Position numbers and translations under genes: made by a program
Shown: positions 1 to 10,550 of the stretch, piece after piece
Numbering within the stretch: position 1 is the first letter of the stretch
How the letters are laid out: every line of letters starts with the position of its first letter
Source of the DNA: Nitrosopumilus sp.
GTDB taxonomy: Archaea; Thermoproteota; Nitrososphaeria; Nitrososphaerales; Nitrosopumilaceae
Direction of reading: 5' to 3'
DNA length: 64,000 nt
Assembly (NCBI GenBank): GCA_965203315.1
Contig: OZ241857.1
Coordinates: 256,001 to 320,000, forward strand
The notes under the pieces: generated by a model
Told to the model about the DNA's origin: nothing
The model's input: the letters and a program-made list of their open reading frames with translations, nothing else
Databases searched by the model: none

Positions 1-539
1 TGGCTTATGCATTCCAGACTGGAATGTCGTTTGCGTACATTGAGAACGCTGACGGAAGCGCATTCATTGAGCCAACACTAGATAGCATATCTGCTGCATC
101 AAGCGTAGTTGCATCTAGTCTTCCTGCTGCAAAAGACAGTTGGGTAGACGTATCGTTGGTCAACGCACCAGGTCCGGATTCGTACCCACTTGCAAGTTTT
201 ACTTATCTGCTTGTATACGACGATCTAGCACAAGTGACTAAAAGTAAAGAACAAGCCAAAGCCGTAATCCATCTGATTCATTGGATGATCACAGATGGTC
301 AAAATTTTGCTCCTACTTTGTTGTATGTACCACTTGCCGACAACATTACCGAACTTGGTAAAGTGGGTCTGTCACAAGTAAAGTACAACGGCGAAACTCT
401 GTGGGAGTATGATCCGCCGACATCTATTCCATCGTGGATTCGAGATATGGCCAAGCTATGGGTCGATGGCAAAATATCTGATCAAGAATACCTCAACGGA
501 ATTCAATATCTAGTCAGTCAAGGAATACTAAAAGTATAA
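1..539 (+). CDS. pstS: Phosphate ABC transporter substrate-binding protein, 3' part (runs off window start)
   Basis: PstS C-terminal motif SYPLASFTYLLVY...YVPL; thaumarchaeal tail IPSWIRDMAKLWVDGKISDQEYLNGIQYL; lies near pstCAB. Confidence 0.85.
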   Translation, partial: AYAFQTGMSFAYIENADGSAFIEPTLDSISAASSVVASSLPAAKDSWVDVSLVNAPGPDSYPLASFTYLLVYDDLAQVTKSKEQAKAVIHLIHWMITDGQNFAPTLLYVPLADNITELGKVGLSQVKYNGETLWEYDPPTSIPSWIRDMAKLWVDGKISDQEYLNGIQYLVSQGILKV

Positions 540-730
540 CTCAGTACTCTTTTTATTTTATTGTTTTTTATGGCATTAGGCGCTGACATGTCAGTTTTCT
601 AAATGTTCATCTCTGACATGTTTTAGTATGGATCTTTTCGATTTATGTACGATGTTGTTTTAGAAAATTTCCCTTCTCACACAAATGCTCATGTGAAGCC
701 TAGTAGTATTTTTTCCCTGTTAAATTTTTT

Positions 731-930
731 GGCGATTATAAACCTACGGCCCCTAACATATTTTAAAAGAACAAATCACGATCTCGATTATTGTATCACC
801 ACTCCATCTCCTTGAGATACAGTAAGAATTTCTTTGATCTCACGCCACGATGCTTCGTCATGTTTAATTTTGCAAATCTCCATAACCCTTCCATTCCGTT
901 GATGTGCACATCGCCTTTTGCAAAAAGAAC
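731..930 (-). pseudogene. IS1595-family transposase 3' relic with terminal repeat
   Basis: Minus-strand translation FAKGDVHINGMEGLWRFAKLNMTKHRGVRSKKFLLYLKEMEW*YNNRD (IS1595 HxNxxE...ExxWRYN motif); ends at GGCGATTA (731); not in the ORF track. Confidence 0.85.
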
Positions 931-931
931 A

Positions 932-1133
932 GGCGATTAGGTATCCCTTGCCACAAATGACCCTTGAACCACGTACAAATTTAATGTCCGAAATCAGTCA
1001 AAAAAAAAAAAATGAAAGGATATATCAGAAATTGATTGAAAATTGATGGATTCTATCTCGATATGTCCAATTTCGTATCTGTTTTACTGTGTTATCGATC
1101 AGCAGGTTTGGGGGTTTGATATCCCTAATTGAC
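932..1133. mobile_element. MITE family D, copy 1 (~200 bp)
   Basis: Begins GGCGATTAGGTATC with a degenerate inverted end; clearly homologous to 59323-59525. Confidence 0.65.
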
Positions 1134-1139
1134 TATATT

Positions 1140-1649
1140 TTAAAAAAATTCCACTAATACCTTATTGAGGTTACAAATAAAAACCTCATCATTTCCTAAA
1201 TAGTTTATGTCTATTGCTCTCTGATCGATCTGTGCTTTTGTAATGTTAAACTTAGTTATACATGATTTAATGTCCGTCTTGTCTCTGTCGTTTAGTCTCG
1301 CAATTTTTGTAATTATGATATCTACAGGATCTAAAGATCTCAGATCGATACTTTTAAAATTAGTTATGATGGGAATGCTCTTTTCTAGATAATCTTTAGG
1401 TAGGACTGTTATAAATACACTACCGCCCTTATAGACATCTATTCGGAAGCCAGGTTGTACAATTTTTCTTGCAGATTCAAATTCTTCATAATATTCACAC
1501 GGAATGGTGAAATCGACATCTAATGTAGATGGTTTTAGGTTCAGTAGAGTCATGGCTGTACCGCCTACTGCAACTATTGTGATTCTGTTCGAGATCTCTT
1601 TGTCTATCTCATTTAAAAAATCCAATAGTTTTGCTTTATCTAATGACAT
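1140..1649 (-). CDS. DUF6036/AbiEii-like nucleotidyltransferase (putative toxin)
   Basis: VAVGGTAM...STLDVDF motif; TKIARLNDRDKTD. Confidence 0.7.
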   Translation of the reverse strand: MSLDKAKLLDFLNEIDKEISNRITIVAVGGTAMTLLNLKPSTLDVDFTIPCEYYEEFESARKIVQPGFRIDVYKGGSVFITVLPKDYLEKSIPIITNFKSIDLRSLDPVDIIITKIARLNDRDKTDIKSCITKFNITKAQIDQRAIDINYLGNDEVFICNLNKVLVEFF

Positions 1650-2703
1650 TGTATATTTTCAACCTCTCTTTGATGTTGTCGATGTCCATGTTTGCCTTTT
1701 TTACTCCTGCTGTTTCTAACAACTTTATTGGTTCATCCACAACCTTGATCTCGCATATTGGCATATCTCTTAATACTCGTAGTATGCCGAGTAGTCTATC
1801 GCCGAACTCGTACTTTAGTGCAAGAAACAACAAGAGATCGTACTTTATCTTTGGATTCTTTGCGATAATTACTGGAATAGATTCTACCGTCCTCAAATCA
1901 TCATGAAACATTACAGCAGATATGATATACTCTATACAGAACAGTTTACCTTGTTTGACTTTGTTACCGATCTCTGTATATCCAAATCTTGCAAGATTGT
2001 ATATAATATCTTCTTGAGCTATCTTGGGAACGCCTTCATGTTTTGCATCGGAGGCTTTGATTCCTGATACTTCGTCTTTTACAGTCAACCAAAAGTCTTG
2101 CGGATGCAATATTACAATCTTGTCGTATAGCATCTCTCTGACCATGTTATGCTCGTTTGATTTGAGTAGATCTAGAAATGCTATATCTTCTAATGTGAGA
2201 CAATCTATTCTTATGTTGTAGATCGTTTGTAATCTTTTTACTGCTGTATGAATATCGATCTTTATCCTAGTTGCTCTTTTGGTGTTGGATCCTTTTAGAT
2301 AGACTAGCATCTCTATCTTGTTTAATCTTGCATTATTTTCTGGATATATCAGTAATGCACAAGATATTAGAGGAATTTTGAGTAGATGAGTATAGATATC
2401 TGACAAAAGAATCTGTAACTCTTGTTTCCCTCGTACAAATTCACGTTTGCGTTTAAACTCCATCTCTGCGAGCATATCCGCTATAACATAACTGTTGAAA
2501 TTTAGTGATACGAGTGTTGATCTGCCTATCTTCGTTAGTAATGTGATCTCTTCTTGTTCTAGTTGTTTGATCTTTTCATAAGTGTTGGCGTAATGAGCAC
2601 TATTGTATCTCTCTTTAATCTCTCTTCTGATCTCACTAATGGATGTGGGAATTCCTATCCTCCGTGACATTACGTCTAGTACTTTGTATGTTAAATCCAT
2701 CAC
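1636..2703 (-). CDS. wHTH-containing partner of the DUF6036 NTase (putative antitoxin or regulator)
   Basis: N-terminal wHTH-like segment (SISEIRREI...KIGRSTLVSLN); overlaps the start of the NTase gene. Confidence 0.55.
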   Translation of the reverse strand: MMDLTYKVLDVMSRRIGIPTSISEIRREIKERYNSAHYANTYEKIKQLEQEEITLLTKIGRSTLVSLNFNSYVIADMLAEMEFKRKREFVRGKQELQILLSDIYTHLLKIPLISCALLIYPENNARLNKIEMLVYLKGSNTKRATRIKIDIHTAVKRLQTIYNIRIDCLTLEDIAFLDLLKSNEHNMVREMLYDKIVILHPQDFWLTVKDEVSGIKASDAKHEGVPKIAQEDIIYNLARFGYTEIGNKVKQGKLFCIEYIISAVMFHDDLRTVESIPVIIAKNPKIKYDLLLFLALKYEFGDRLLGILRVLRDMPICEIKVVDEPIKLLETAGVKKANMDIDNIKERLKIYNVIR

Positions 2704-2872
2704 ATCATCTACTTATTATAGTAAAATACTATAATATTATACTTTTTGACTATATGTGCTATACAGGCTGTATCATGTACAAGTGTGCTGACAAACCAAC
2801 CTCGAGTTGACGATGACATTAGAGAATCTAGTCGATCATATTATGGGCAGATGCCTAGTCTTCTGAGATTCT

Positions 2873-3046
2873 GGTTCTGTTCAATTGACGGGGGCTGAGA
2901 TCGTTATGACATTATCTCAAAGAACGCACACTATGAGACTCAAAACAGTAGAATTTACAATAGTCGATATGAGACTGTTTCCATATTTTGCAAAGTTTCG
3001 AGAACTTTGTGCAGAAAATGCCAACCCCCGTCAAATGAACAGAACC
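2873..3046. mobile_element. MITE family A, copy 1 (~174 bp)
   Basis: TIRs GGTTCTGTTCAATTGACGGGG / CCCCGTCAAATGAACAGAACC; four copies in window. Confidence 0.85.
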
Positions 3047-3179
3047 TATGCTACCAATTTATCAAAACACTCATCAGACAGTTATCTAGACATCTAGGAT
3101 ACTCTGATTATCAAAGTTGCATTGTGGTCTATATGATTTGTCTTGGACAGAAAGTGGTCTATTCTAGACGGGACATCCG

Positions 3180-4223
3180 TCACTCTCTTGATATCACACT
3201 TTGAATATTCTCATCTATCGCAACCTCGGCTATGTCGCTAGAGTACTCTGCAATTCGTCTCAGGTCTTCTAACAAGAATCTGATGATCATGGCATTCTCG
3301 TCTGAACTCTGAATCGTGTCTCTGATACTCTTCTCCTCTGTAACTATATCACTGATCTTTGAGGCTACATGCTCGCCTTTATCAAAATCATGTTCCTGTA
3401 CTGCCGTCACTGCCTCTTCAAAGACCGCAAGCGAGCTCTCTACTAGTCCGTTTATCTTTGTCAGCTGTTTTGGCTTGATCTTGTCATTCATGAATTTAAC
3501 TCGTTTTGCAACAAGTACGGCATGATCTGCAATGCGTTCTATTCTGCTTATTACCGCTCTATATCCTAAACAATCTGATGTCTTTTGTAGTCCCATATCT
3601 TTTAAGACAAGTTCGTTTCCAACGGCAATTACGAGATTACGTCTCATGTATAGTCCAAACCGATCTACCTCATCGTCCATGCTGACTACTTCCTCTGCAT
3701 GAATCAGATCCACCTCTGACATTGACTCAATCGCCTCAACTATCATATTGATTGCCATCAGATACATTCTCTTTAGTGCAATCTCAAATGAGAGCTCTGG
3801 CAGTCTAGCGAGTACTTGGATCACTATGCTCTCAGAGCTGGATTCAACTATCTCGGTTCCGATCATTGCAGAACGCACCAACTCTCTGATCGTCTTTGTG
3901 TGCTCTGGAGATATCATTATTCCTTTCGTTGTGATCTTGATGGTCTTGTATCCAGACAAGTATACAGAGATTATCTTTCGTTTGATGCTATCGCTAGACT
4001 CGGAACTGTTTGACTCTATGACGGCAGTCGTCTGTGCAACTTGATTGCTGTGATTCGGTACTAGTGTAAGTGATTGATCTGAATTCTTTATCATCGTTAT
4101 GTCGTCTCCGACGTTTATTCCTAGATCTCTTACCCATCTCTTTGGGAGTGATATGATAAAAGTTGAACCACCACTAAGATGTATGCGTCTAGTCTGTGAA
4201 CTCTCTATAGTCATCGTTATCAT
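3180..4223 (-). CDS. Phosphate uptake regulator (AbrB-type N-terminus plus PhoU domains)
   Basis: RRIHLSGGSTFIISLPKRW; DDEVDR and ERIADHA PhoU motifs; divergent from pstC. Confidence 0.9.
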   Translation of the reverse strand: MITMTIESSQTRRIHLSGGSTFIISLPKRWVRDLGINVGDDITMIKNSDQSLTLVPNHSNQVAQTTAVIESNSSESSDSIKRKIISVYLSGYKTIKITTKGIMISPEHTKTIRELVRSAMIGTEIVESSSESIVIQVLARLPELSFEIALKRMYLMAINMIVEAIESMSEVDLIHAEEVVSMDDEVDRFGLYMRRNLVIAVGNELVLKDMGLQKTSDCLGYRAVISRIERIADHAVLVAKRVKFMNDKIKPKQLTKINGLVESSLAVFEEAVTAVQEHDFDKGEHVASKISDIVTEEKSIRDTIQSSDENAMIIRFLLEDLRRIAEYSSDIAEVAIDENIQSVISRE

Positions 4224-4334
4224 GTACTTGCTGTCGTCTATTATTTACGTCTAGTTGGTATTCTATATAGAACTATACATGTATTGTAAAATATGATCAT
4301 ATTCTACTTAACTTTAACAACTAGGCTTTAACTT

Positions 4335-5312
4335 GTGATCAGAGCAAAGATCAAACCAGATAAACCCGGTAGACTAGCAATATCTGACAAGATCTTCAAG
4401 ATTGCAGCACTGGCTGCTGGCGCATACGTTCTCGTAATGATAGCTCTGTTGGTATTTCAATTGATTACCGAGTCTTATCCTGTGTGGGAAGAGGAAGGAC
4501 TGGGATTTATTACAGGTACAGACTGGAATGCAGTCGAAGGACGAGAGTCGTTTGGGGCACTACCATACATTCTTGGAACACTAGTCACTGCGGGTCTCGC
4601 AATGCTGATCGGTGTTCCATTGAGTATTGGTATTGCGATGTTTATATCGGACGCACCAGCAAAGATTGGTGGTCCACTCGGTTTTATAGTTGAACTATTA
4701 GCTGCTGTCCCTAGTGTTATCTATGGTCTCTGGGGACTGTTTGTATTTCGAATATACTTTAAAGATTGGATCGAGACTCCTCTACATGATGCCTTTGGCG
4801 ACTCGATCTTTCTATTCTCTGGTACTCCATTTGGACTAGATATACTCACAGCTAGCGTTGTACTGGCGATCATGATCATACCTACAGTCTCTGCTGTCTC
4901 TCGTGAAGTGATGAAGGCTGTACCTCAACAACAGAAAGAGGCTGCATACATGTTGGGCGCAACAAAGTGGGAGATGTTCAAACTTGCTGTATTTCCTTAC
5001 TCCAAGACCGGTCTGATCGGAGCATCCATTCTAGGTCTTGGTAGAGCAGTAGGTGAGACGATGGCAGTTACAATGCTTATCGGAAACGCTACCGGTGCAT
5101 CTGCTACTCCATCATCGTTCTTCGAGCCCAGCCAAACCATGTCTAGTATTATCGCAAACGAGTTTGTAGAGGCATCCCCCGCATCTATTCATCTTCCTGC
5201 ATTGATCGGTGTTGCTCTGGTATTGTTGTTGATTGCAATTGTGATAAACGTTGTAGCACACATGTTGGTTACTAGAATGTTAAAGGTAAAAGAGGGTGCA
5301 ATAAACAATTGA
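4335..5312 (+). CDS. pstC: Phosphate ABC transporter permease
   Basis: ELLAAVPSVIYGLWG; EAAYMLGATKWE; GRAVGETMAV. Confidence 0.95.
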   Translation: MIRAKIKPDKPGRLAISDKIFKIAALAAGAYVLVMIALLVFQLITESYPVWEEEGLGFITGTDWNAVEGRESFGALPYILGTLVTAGLAMLIGVPLSIGIAMFISDAPAKIGGPLGFIVELLAAVPSVIYGLWGLFVFRIYFKDWIETPLHDAFGDSIFLFSGTPFGLDILTASVVLAIMIIPTVSAVSREVMKAVPQQQKEAAYMLGATKWEMFKLAVFPYSKTGLIGASILGLGRAVGETMAVTMLIGNATGASATPSSFFEPSQTMSSIIANEFVEASPASIHLPALIGVALVLLLIAIVINVVAHMLVTRMLKVKEGAINN

Positions 5313-6232
5313 GTACGTCTAGCCAGAGACGCCAAGAGTATCGTAAACTCTTCAAACAGAACGTCGCGAATAGGTTGCTCGTCGACAAGGCAATGCGTAT
5401 TGTGATATTTTCGTGTGTGGTAATAGCAATCATTCCTCTGGGCAGCATCCTCTTGGAAGTTTTCAAGAACGGAATAGCTGCAATCAGTTATGAATTTCTG
5501 ACTGCAACTCCTGGCGCTATCGGCACAGGTGAGGGAGGAATAGGTCCTGCGATTCAAGGCACATTGATAATAATAGGTCTCTCTAGCTTGCTCGGTGTTC
5601 CCATCGGAGTGATGTCGGGAATATTTCTCTCCGAGTATGGCGATAACAGACTTGCCAAGAACGTCAGATTCTTCAACGATGTATTCATGGAGTTTCCGTC
5701 CATAGTTTTAGGAATCTTTGCATTCTTGGTGATCGTATTGTTGTTGGGTCACTTTTCTATCTGGGCTGGTGCATTTGCGCTATCTCTGATCATGTTTCCC
5801 ATAGTTGCACGTACAACAGAAGAGTCTCTAAAGATGGTTCCGGTTACATATCGTGAAGCTGGGACTGCACTAGGACTCAAAAAATGGGTGATAACATTTC
5901 GTATAGTCGTCTCTGCTGCAAAGAACGGAATGATCACTGGCGTATTGTTGTCTGTATCTAGAATAGGCGGTGAGACCGCTCCATTGATAATGACGATTCT
6001 TGGCAGCAGTCAGTTCTTTAGCGGATTTGACGTACCTATGGATGCACTCCCACTACGAATCTGGCGACTCTCTCTACTTCCATATGATAGCGCACAACTA
6101 CAAGGGTGGGGCGCAGCACTTGTATTGATAATAATAATACTTGGAATAAATCTTGCAGTGCGTTACTTTTTTGCAGATCGACGAAACAGTAATATTCTTA
6201 CAATCTTTAGACTGAGGCATAGGAGAGATTGA
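5309..6232 (+). CDS. pstA: Phosphate ABC transporter permease
   Basis: PSIVLGIF; REAGTALG; RIGGETAPL. Confidence 0.95.
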   Translation: MSTSSQRRQEYRKLFKQNVANRLLVDKAMRIVIFSCVVIAIIPLGSILLEVFKNGIAAISYEFLTATPGAIGTGEGGIGPAIQGTLIIIGLSSLLGVPIGVMSGIFLSEYGDNRLAKNVRFFNDVFMEFPSIVLGIFAFLVIVLLLGHFSIWAGAFALSLIMFPIVARTTEESLKMVPVTYREAGTALGLKKWVITFRIVVSAAKNGMITGVLLSVSRIGGETAPLIMTILGSSQFFSGFDVPMDALPLRIWRLSLLPYDSAQLQGWGAALVLIIIILGINLAVRYFFADRRNSNILTIFRLRHRRD

Positions 6233-7050
6233 CCGCGTTATCAATGAAACCTAGTATAGAGACCTCTGATTCGATCAATGTTACATCTCCACCACGATAC
6301 AAGATGATAGCACAAGATGTTACAGTAAAGTATAGCGGTATACCTGCTGTCAAGAACGTTACTATAAAGTTTCCCGATAGATCTGTTACTGCGTTGATTG
6401 GCCCATCTGGGTGTGGCAAGACCACATTTCTGCGATGTTTGAATCGGATGCATGATATGACAAAGAATGCAAACGTAACTGGAAAGGTAATGATAGATGA
6501 GATCGATCTATACGACAAGTCAATCGATCCAATATATCACCGCAGAAAGGTTGGCATGGTCTTTCAGAAACCCAATCCGTTTCCAACAATGTCGATATAT
6601 GATAATGTTACAGCTGGTTTAAAGTTAAACGGAGTTCGAGACAGAGAGATACTAGACGAGATAGTCGAAGACTCGTTAAAGATGGCATATCTGTGGGATG
6701 AGGTAAAAGATGATCTGAAAAAGTCAGCAATAGAGCTCTCTGGTGGACAACAGCAACGACTATGCATTGCACGAGCACTTGCAATACAGCCAGAGGTCTT
6801 GCTGATGGACGAACCTGCATCTGCTCTGGATCCTATAGCGACACAAAAGATCGAAGAGACTATAACTGAACTAAAGAAAGAGTACACTGTAATTATAGTA
6901 ACACACAATATGCAACAAGCAATGCGTGTATCCGATTATACAGGATTTATGTATCTGGGCGATCTTGTCGAATTTAATGAAACAAAAAAGATATTCACCG
7001 ATCCCATCAACGAACTTACTGCCAAATACGTTCAAGGTCAATTTGGATAA
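6229..7050 (+). CDS. pstB: Phosphate ABC transporter ATPase
   Basis: GPSGCGKT; FQKPNPF; [13 protein letters not shown]; DEPASALD. Confidence 0.97.
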   Translation: MTALSMKPSIETSDSINVTSPPRYKMIAQDVTVKYSGIPAVKNVTIKFPDRSVTALIGPSGCGKTTFLRCLNRMHDMTKNANVTGKVMIDEIDLYDKSIDPIYHRRKVGMVFQKPNPFPTMSIYDNVTAGLKLNGVRDREILDEIVEDSLKMAYLWDEVKDDLKKSAIELSGGQQQRLCIARALAIQPEVLLMDEPASALDPIATQKIEETITELKKEYTVIIVTHNMQQAMRVSDYTGFMYLGDLVEFNETKKIFTDPINELTAKYVQGQFG

Positions 7051-7712
7051 TGACAAGACTCATTGATCCCTCGTTACAAAAACTATCGCAGACCATGTCA
7101 GAGATGGGTGACATGGTTGGTAGATCTATATCTCTTGCGATAGAGTCATACACAGAGAACAAGAACACAATGAATAAAGTCTTTGAACTGTCTAGCTCTA
7201 TTCGCCTCAAGTACTTTGAAGTAGAGGACTTGACATTTGATATGTTGCTACAGTATCAACCGGTAGCTGATGACTTTAGACTGATTCGTTCATCTACAGA
7301 GATATCGTATGCATTCTCTAGACTTGGCCGTTATGCATATGATATAACTCTGGTTAGAGACGACTTTGGTAACATATCTAAATGCATCAGTCCGTTCCTC
7401 ATAGAATCATCAACCAGAGTTCGACAGATGATCAAAGATGCTGTAATGTCTTTTGCAGAACTTGACATACGCAAAGCAGTAGAGATTCGTGCACACGAGT
7501 CATTTGTTGATAATATCTATCGAGCTCGTATACCTCAACTCATAAACTCTAGCAACACTAGGTGTGCACTTGCAGAGACACTGCTGTTGAGATATCTAGA
7601 ACGAATTGGTGATCATGCTGTCTTTATGAGTGATGCCGTCAACTATATCGTAACTGGAAAACATAGACCAACAAAAGAAGAGATTGCTTCACACACTTGT
7701 GTATATGACTGA
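7050..7712 (+). CDS. phoU: Phosphate signalling protein PhoU
   Basis: YQPVADDFR; YLERIGDHA; operonic with pstB. Confidence 0.9.
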   Translation: MTRLIDPSLQKLSQTMSEMGDMVGRSISLAIESYTENKNTMNKVFELSSSIRLKYFEVEDLTFDMLLQYQPVADDFRLIRSSTEISYAFSRLGRYAYDITLVRDDFGNISKCISPFLIESSTRVRQMIKDAVMSFAELDIRKAVEIRAHESFVDNIYRARIPQLINSSNTRCALAETLLLRYLERIGDHAVFMSDAVNYIVTGKHRPTKEEIASHTCVYD

Positions 7713-7985
7713 GCTGATTATGCTGTCGATTAGAATTTTTACAGACGATTAAAAACAAGGTGACTATAAATTATCTGAACATTCCGCCACACATGTATTT
7801 TACTCGTACACGTGATAGACACAATGTATTAGATTCTATGGAATATAGATTGATTGTTGTAAATCATTACTTGTAATTACATTGGATAATTTGAGGCGTT
7901 CAAGTCTTGTATTTTGGTTCACAAATCATCAAATCAAGAGTCCGTTTTTGATCATGCTTAATTATTATAATGTACTAGTAATTTC

Positions 7986-8372
7986 GTGAAACAGTATACC
8001 GTTGTCATTGGTATCGGAATAGCTGTGATCGGCGTCATGGTCATAATCTTTGGAATGGATATTGCCAAGCTCTCTGTATCAACTCAAGATTATGATATCT
8101 TTGTTGATCCCCTCTTGGATAAGCAGAATCTCTTTGTAGTGGGTCGTGTAACTATTCAAAACACTGGACATCTACCATTGACAAATGTTCAAGTAAACTT
8201 TGGTGACGGTGACGTGCAGCGTATAGGTACACTTGAAGTTGGCAAAAAGATAATCGTATCCCCTCCACCTGGAAACCCCATGGAGATCGTTATGGTTAGT
8301 GCAGACAATGATGTTCTAGTGAGCAAAGGTTATCGAGAGATGCCTAAAATGGTCGGTATGATGGGATCTTGA
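7986..8372 (+). CDS. Membrane-anchored hypothetical protein
   Basis: N-terminal TM helix followed by a beta-rich domain (IQNTG..PLTNV). Confidence 0.7.
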   Translation: MKQYTVVIGIGIAVIGVMVIIFGMDIAKLSVSTQDYDIFVDPLLDKQNLFVVGRVTIQNTGHLPLTNVQVNFGDGDVQRIGTLEVGKKIIVSPPPGNPMEIVMVSADNDVLVSKGYREMPKMVGMMGS

Positions 8373-8567
8373 TTTGATGATCATACGTTCTAACAAAGTT
8401 CAAACTCTAGATTCATGTGTGTGACGCCTCTAGCAAATTATGGTACTTTTATATGCCATACACTACATTTCTGTACATTTCTGTACAGTTATTGCATCTG
8501 CGATCCAAGATCTAATGACAAGAGTCAAGACTTAAGCTATTAAATACGTCCAAGCTGTATAACATAC

Positions 8568-8867
8568 ATGGCATCGCCCATTGTAATCCCGATCATAATT
8601 GTAGCAGTTGCAGGTCTAGCAACATATCTGGTATATCGGTATATCGTGTTCGATCATTTGTGTAAAAGTAAACTAGATCAAATTCTCTTGAGGTATAATA
8701 TCGGCAAGACGCCTGCTCAGATAATCAAAGAGTTTTACGAACACAAGGGAGAAGATATCTCGCATGCACAAATAAAATCTATGGAACGACACTATCGTCA
8801 AACGGATCCAGAGCAGTTTTTGATAATGTATGACGAGATACGCGAACGAGAGCGCGAGCGATCCTAA
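8568..8867 (+). CDS. Membrane-anchored hypothetical protein
   Basis: N-terminal TM helix; TATA-like TATTAAA upstream. Confidence 0.7.
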   Translation: MASPIVIPIIIVAVAGLATYLVYRYIVFDHLCKSKLDQILLRYNIGKTPAQIIKEFYEHKGEDISHAQIKSMERHYRQTDPEQFLIMYDEIRERERERS

Positions 8868-9003
8868 ATATAGTTGCAAATACGATTATCTTTATCTGAC
8901 ACTACAATCTAGTTTGTCTATTCTGCTAGAATCTATGTGAACGAACGCATACAAAAAAAAAGGAAAAATAATTTCACTTGTGATTATAGATCTAAATTAC
9001 GGC

Positions 9004-9876
9004 CTACTGTTGAGATGATACTGGAATCTGGATGAATGGTGTTCCACCTTCTCCTACTACTAGGGGTAACTTGCCATCCCATTCTTTCGTCTTCAACCAT
9101 TCTAGATAGTTCGGGTTTTGTGCTAGCGCGTCATTTATTATGGATATGGCTTCAGCTTCACCTTTTGCTTCCGCAATATTTGCATTTGCAATGCCTATTG
9201 CCTGCGCTTCACGCTGTCTTGCCTCGACTTCTATACGTCGCAGATCGTTCTCAGCTTTTAGTGCATTCTGTTCTGCCTCTACTTTGGACTCTATAGCTTG
9301 TGCGAATAGTGGTGAGAACTCGAAATCGGTTATAGAGATTACTTCTGTGACGACTCTAAACTTTTCCAGACGTTCCCTGATCGAAAACTCAATATCTTGT
9401 TTGACTTGGGGTCTCTTTGTTATCAACTCTTCTGCGTTATAGTTTGCAGTGACTTGTTTGACGGTCTCTTCTATTGCAGGCTGAATGACTCTATTCTCAT
9501 AGTCTAGTCCTAAATCTTTATACAAGTTGTGAACCGACTCTCGATTTGGATGATAGTTAACGGTTACTGTAGTTTCTACTGTCTGAAGATCCTTTGATGC
9601 ACTACTAGTCTCTTTTTCATACTTTAACGTACGAACTTCGATGTTTATGACCTCATCTTGAAATGGGATCACAAAATGGAGACCTTCATCTAATGGCGGA
9701 TTATTTAGATCTACTGCATTCCAATGTAGCAATACACCACGATGTCCTGCATCAACTATCTTTACTGACGCAGTAACTACAACTCCCAAGATCGCCAATA
9801 CTAATATTGATATGAGCACTATCTTGGCTGCATTCATATTCACATTCATTTTTGGAGACTGATATCTCGACATCAA
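9004..9876 (-). CDS. SPFH/prohibitin (band 7) family protein
   Basis: GHRGV, EGLHFVIP, SKDLQTV, AEELITKR, coiled-coil region, WDGKLP. Confidence 0.92.
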   Translation of the reverse strand: MMSRYQSPKMNVNMNAAKIVLISILVLAILGVVVTASVKIVDAGHRGVLLHWNAVDLNNPPLDEGLHFVIPFQDEVINIEVRTLKYEKETSSASKDLQTVETTVTVNYHPNRESVHNLYKDLGLDYENRVIQPAIEETVKQVTANYNAEELITKRPQVKQDIEFSIRERLEKFRVVTEVISITDFEFSPLFAQAIESKVEAEQNALKAENDLRRIEVEARQREAQAIGIANANIAEAKGEAEAISIINDALAQNPNYLEWLKTKEWDGKLPLVVGEGGTPFIQIPVSSQQ

Positions 9877-10537
9877 TCATAATGACACATGTTCATATTA
9901 ATACCATGTGTTGATTCTATGTTGTGTAAGGCTAAGGCAGTGTCGATACGACATTGGATACTAAAATCAAACAATCAATAGATCGTACTTGTAACTATGT
10001 CTTACCCTCTCGGCATAAACAAATCGTCTAGTCTCTAAATACAAACTTGAGAGAATTATCAATCATATACAAAACATTGCTTAATGCAGATGATTTTGTA
10101 AATCTGAAATCTAGTCTTGTTCCTCTAGTTTATGATTCTATTTTGTAAGCATCTAGCTTGACAACGTTCTTGTTGTGTTTTGAGCATCAGGGTATTGATG
10201 TATTATTTGCACGACATACGAATCTCCTATTTCATATGTCTGTGTAACAGGACTTGTCTTGGAGAATTCTTGACATCTCATCCTTATTCATGTCACGTTC
10301 ACTACATGTAAAGGTAAACAGCAGACCGCACAACCATACCTCGTTTTGATGTAAAATGTATAGATGTATTACTATTGGACACATGTATGGTTCTGTCTAG
10401 TTGTTTGTGGATATGATTCGATGGCATCATGCTTTGATAGTGTGTTTGATTTTTGTGTCCATGTCGTATCAACATGTTATCGTACTTTTGAGTAATTGCT
10501 ACGAGATGATATTCTACAAGGTACTTTTATAAGTCAT

Positions 10538-10550
10538 GGGGGGGGGGGGG
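10538..10550 (+). repeat. G13 homopolymer between a TATA-like box and the surface protein gene start
   Basis: TTTTATAAG at ~10525-10533 followed by 13 G. Confidence 0.8.

Noticed and set aside
2885-3097. Short ORFs at MITE A copies (also 39494-39739) and at MITE B (30229, 39297, 44801)
   Set aside because: Frames are not conserved among copies; these are chance ORFs in non-coding repeats
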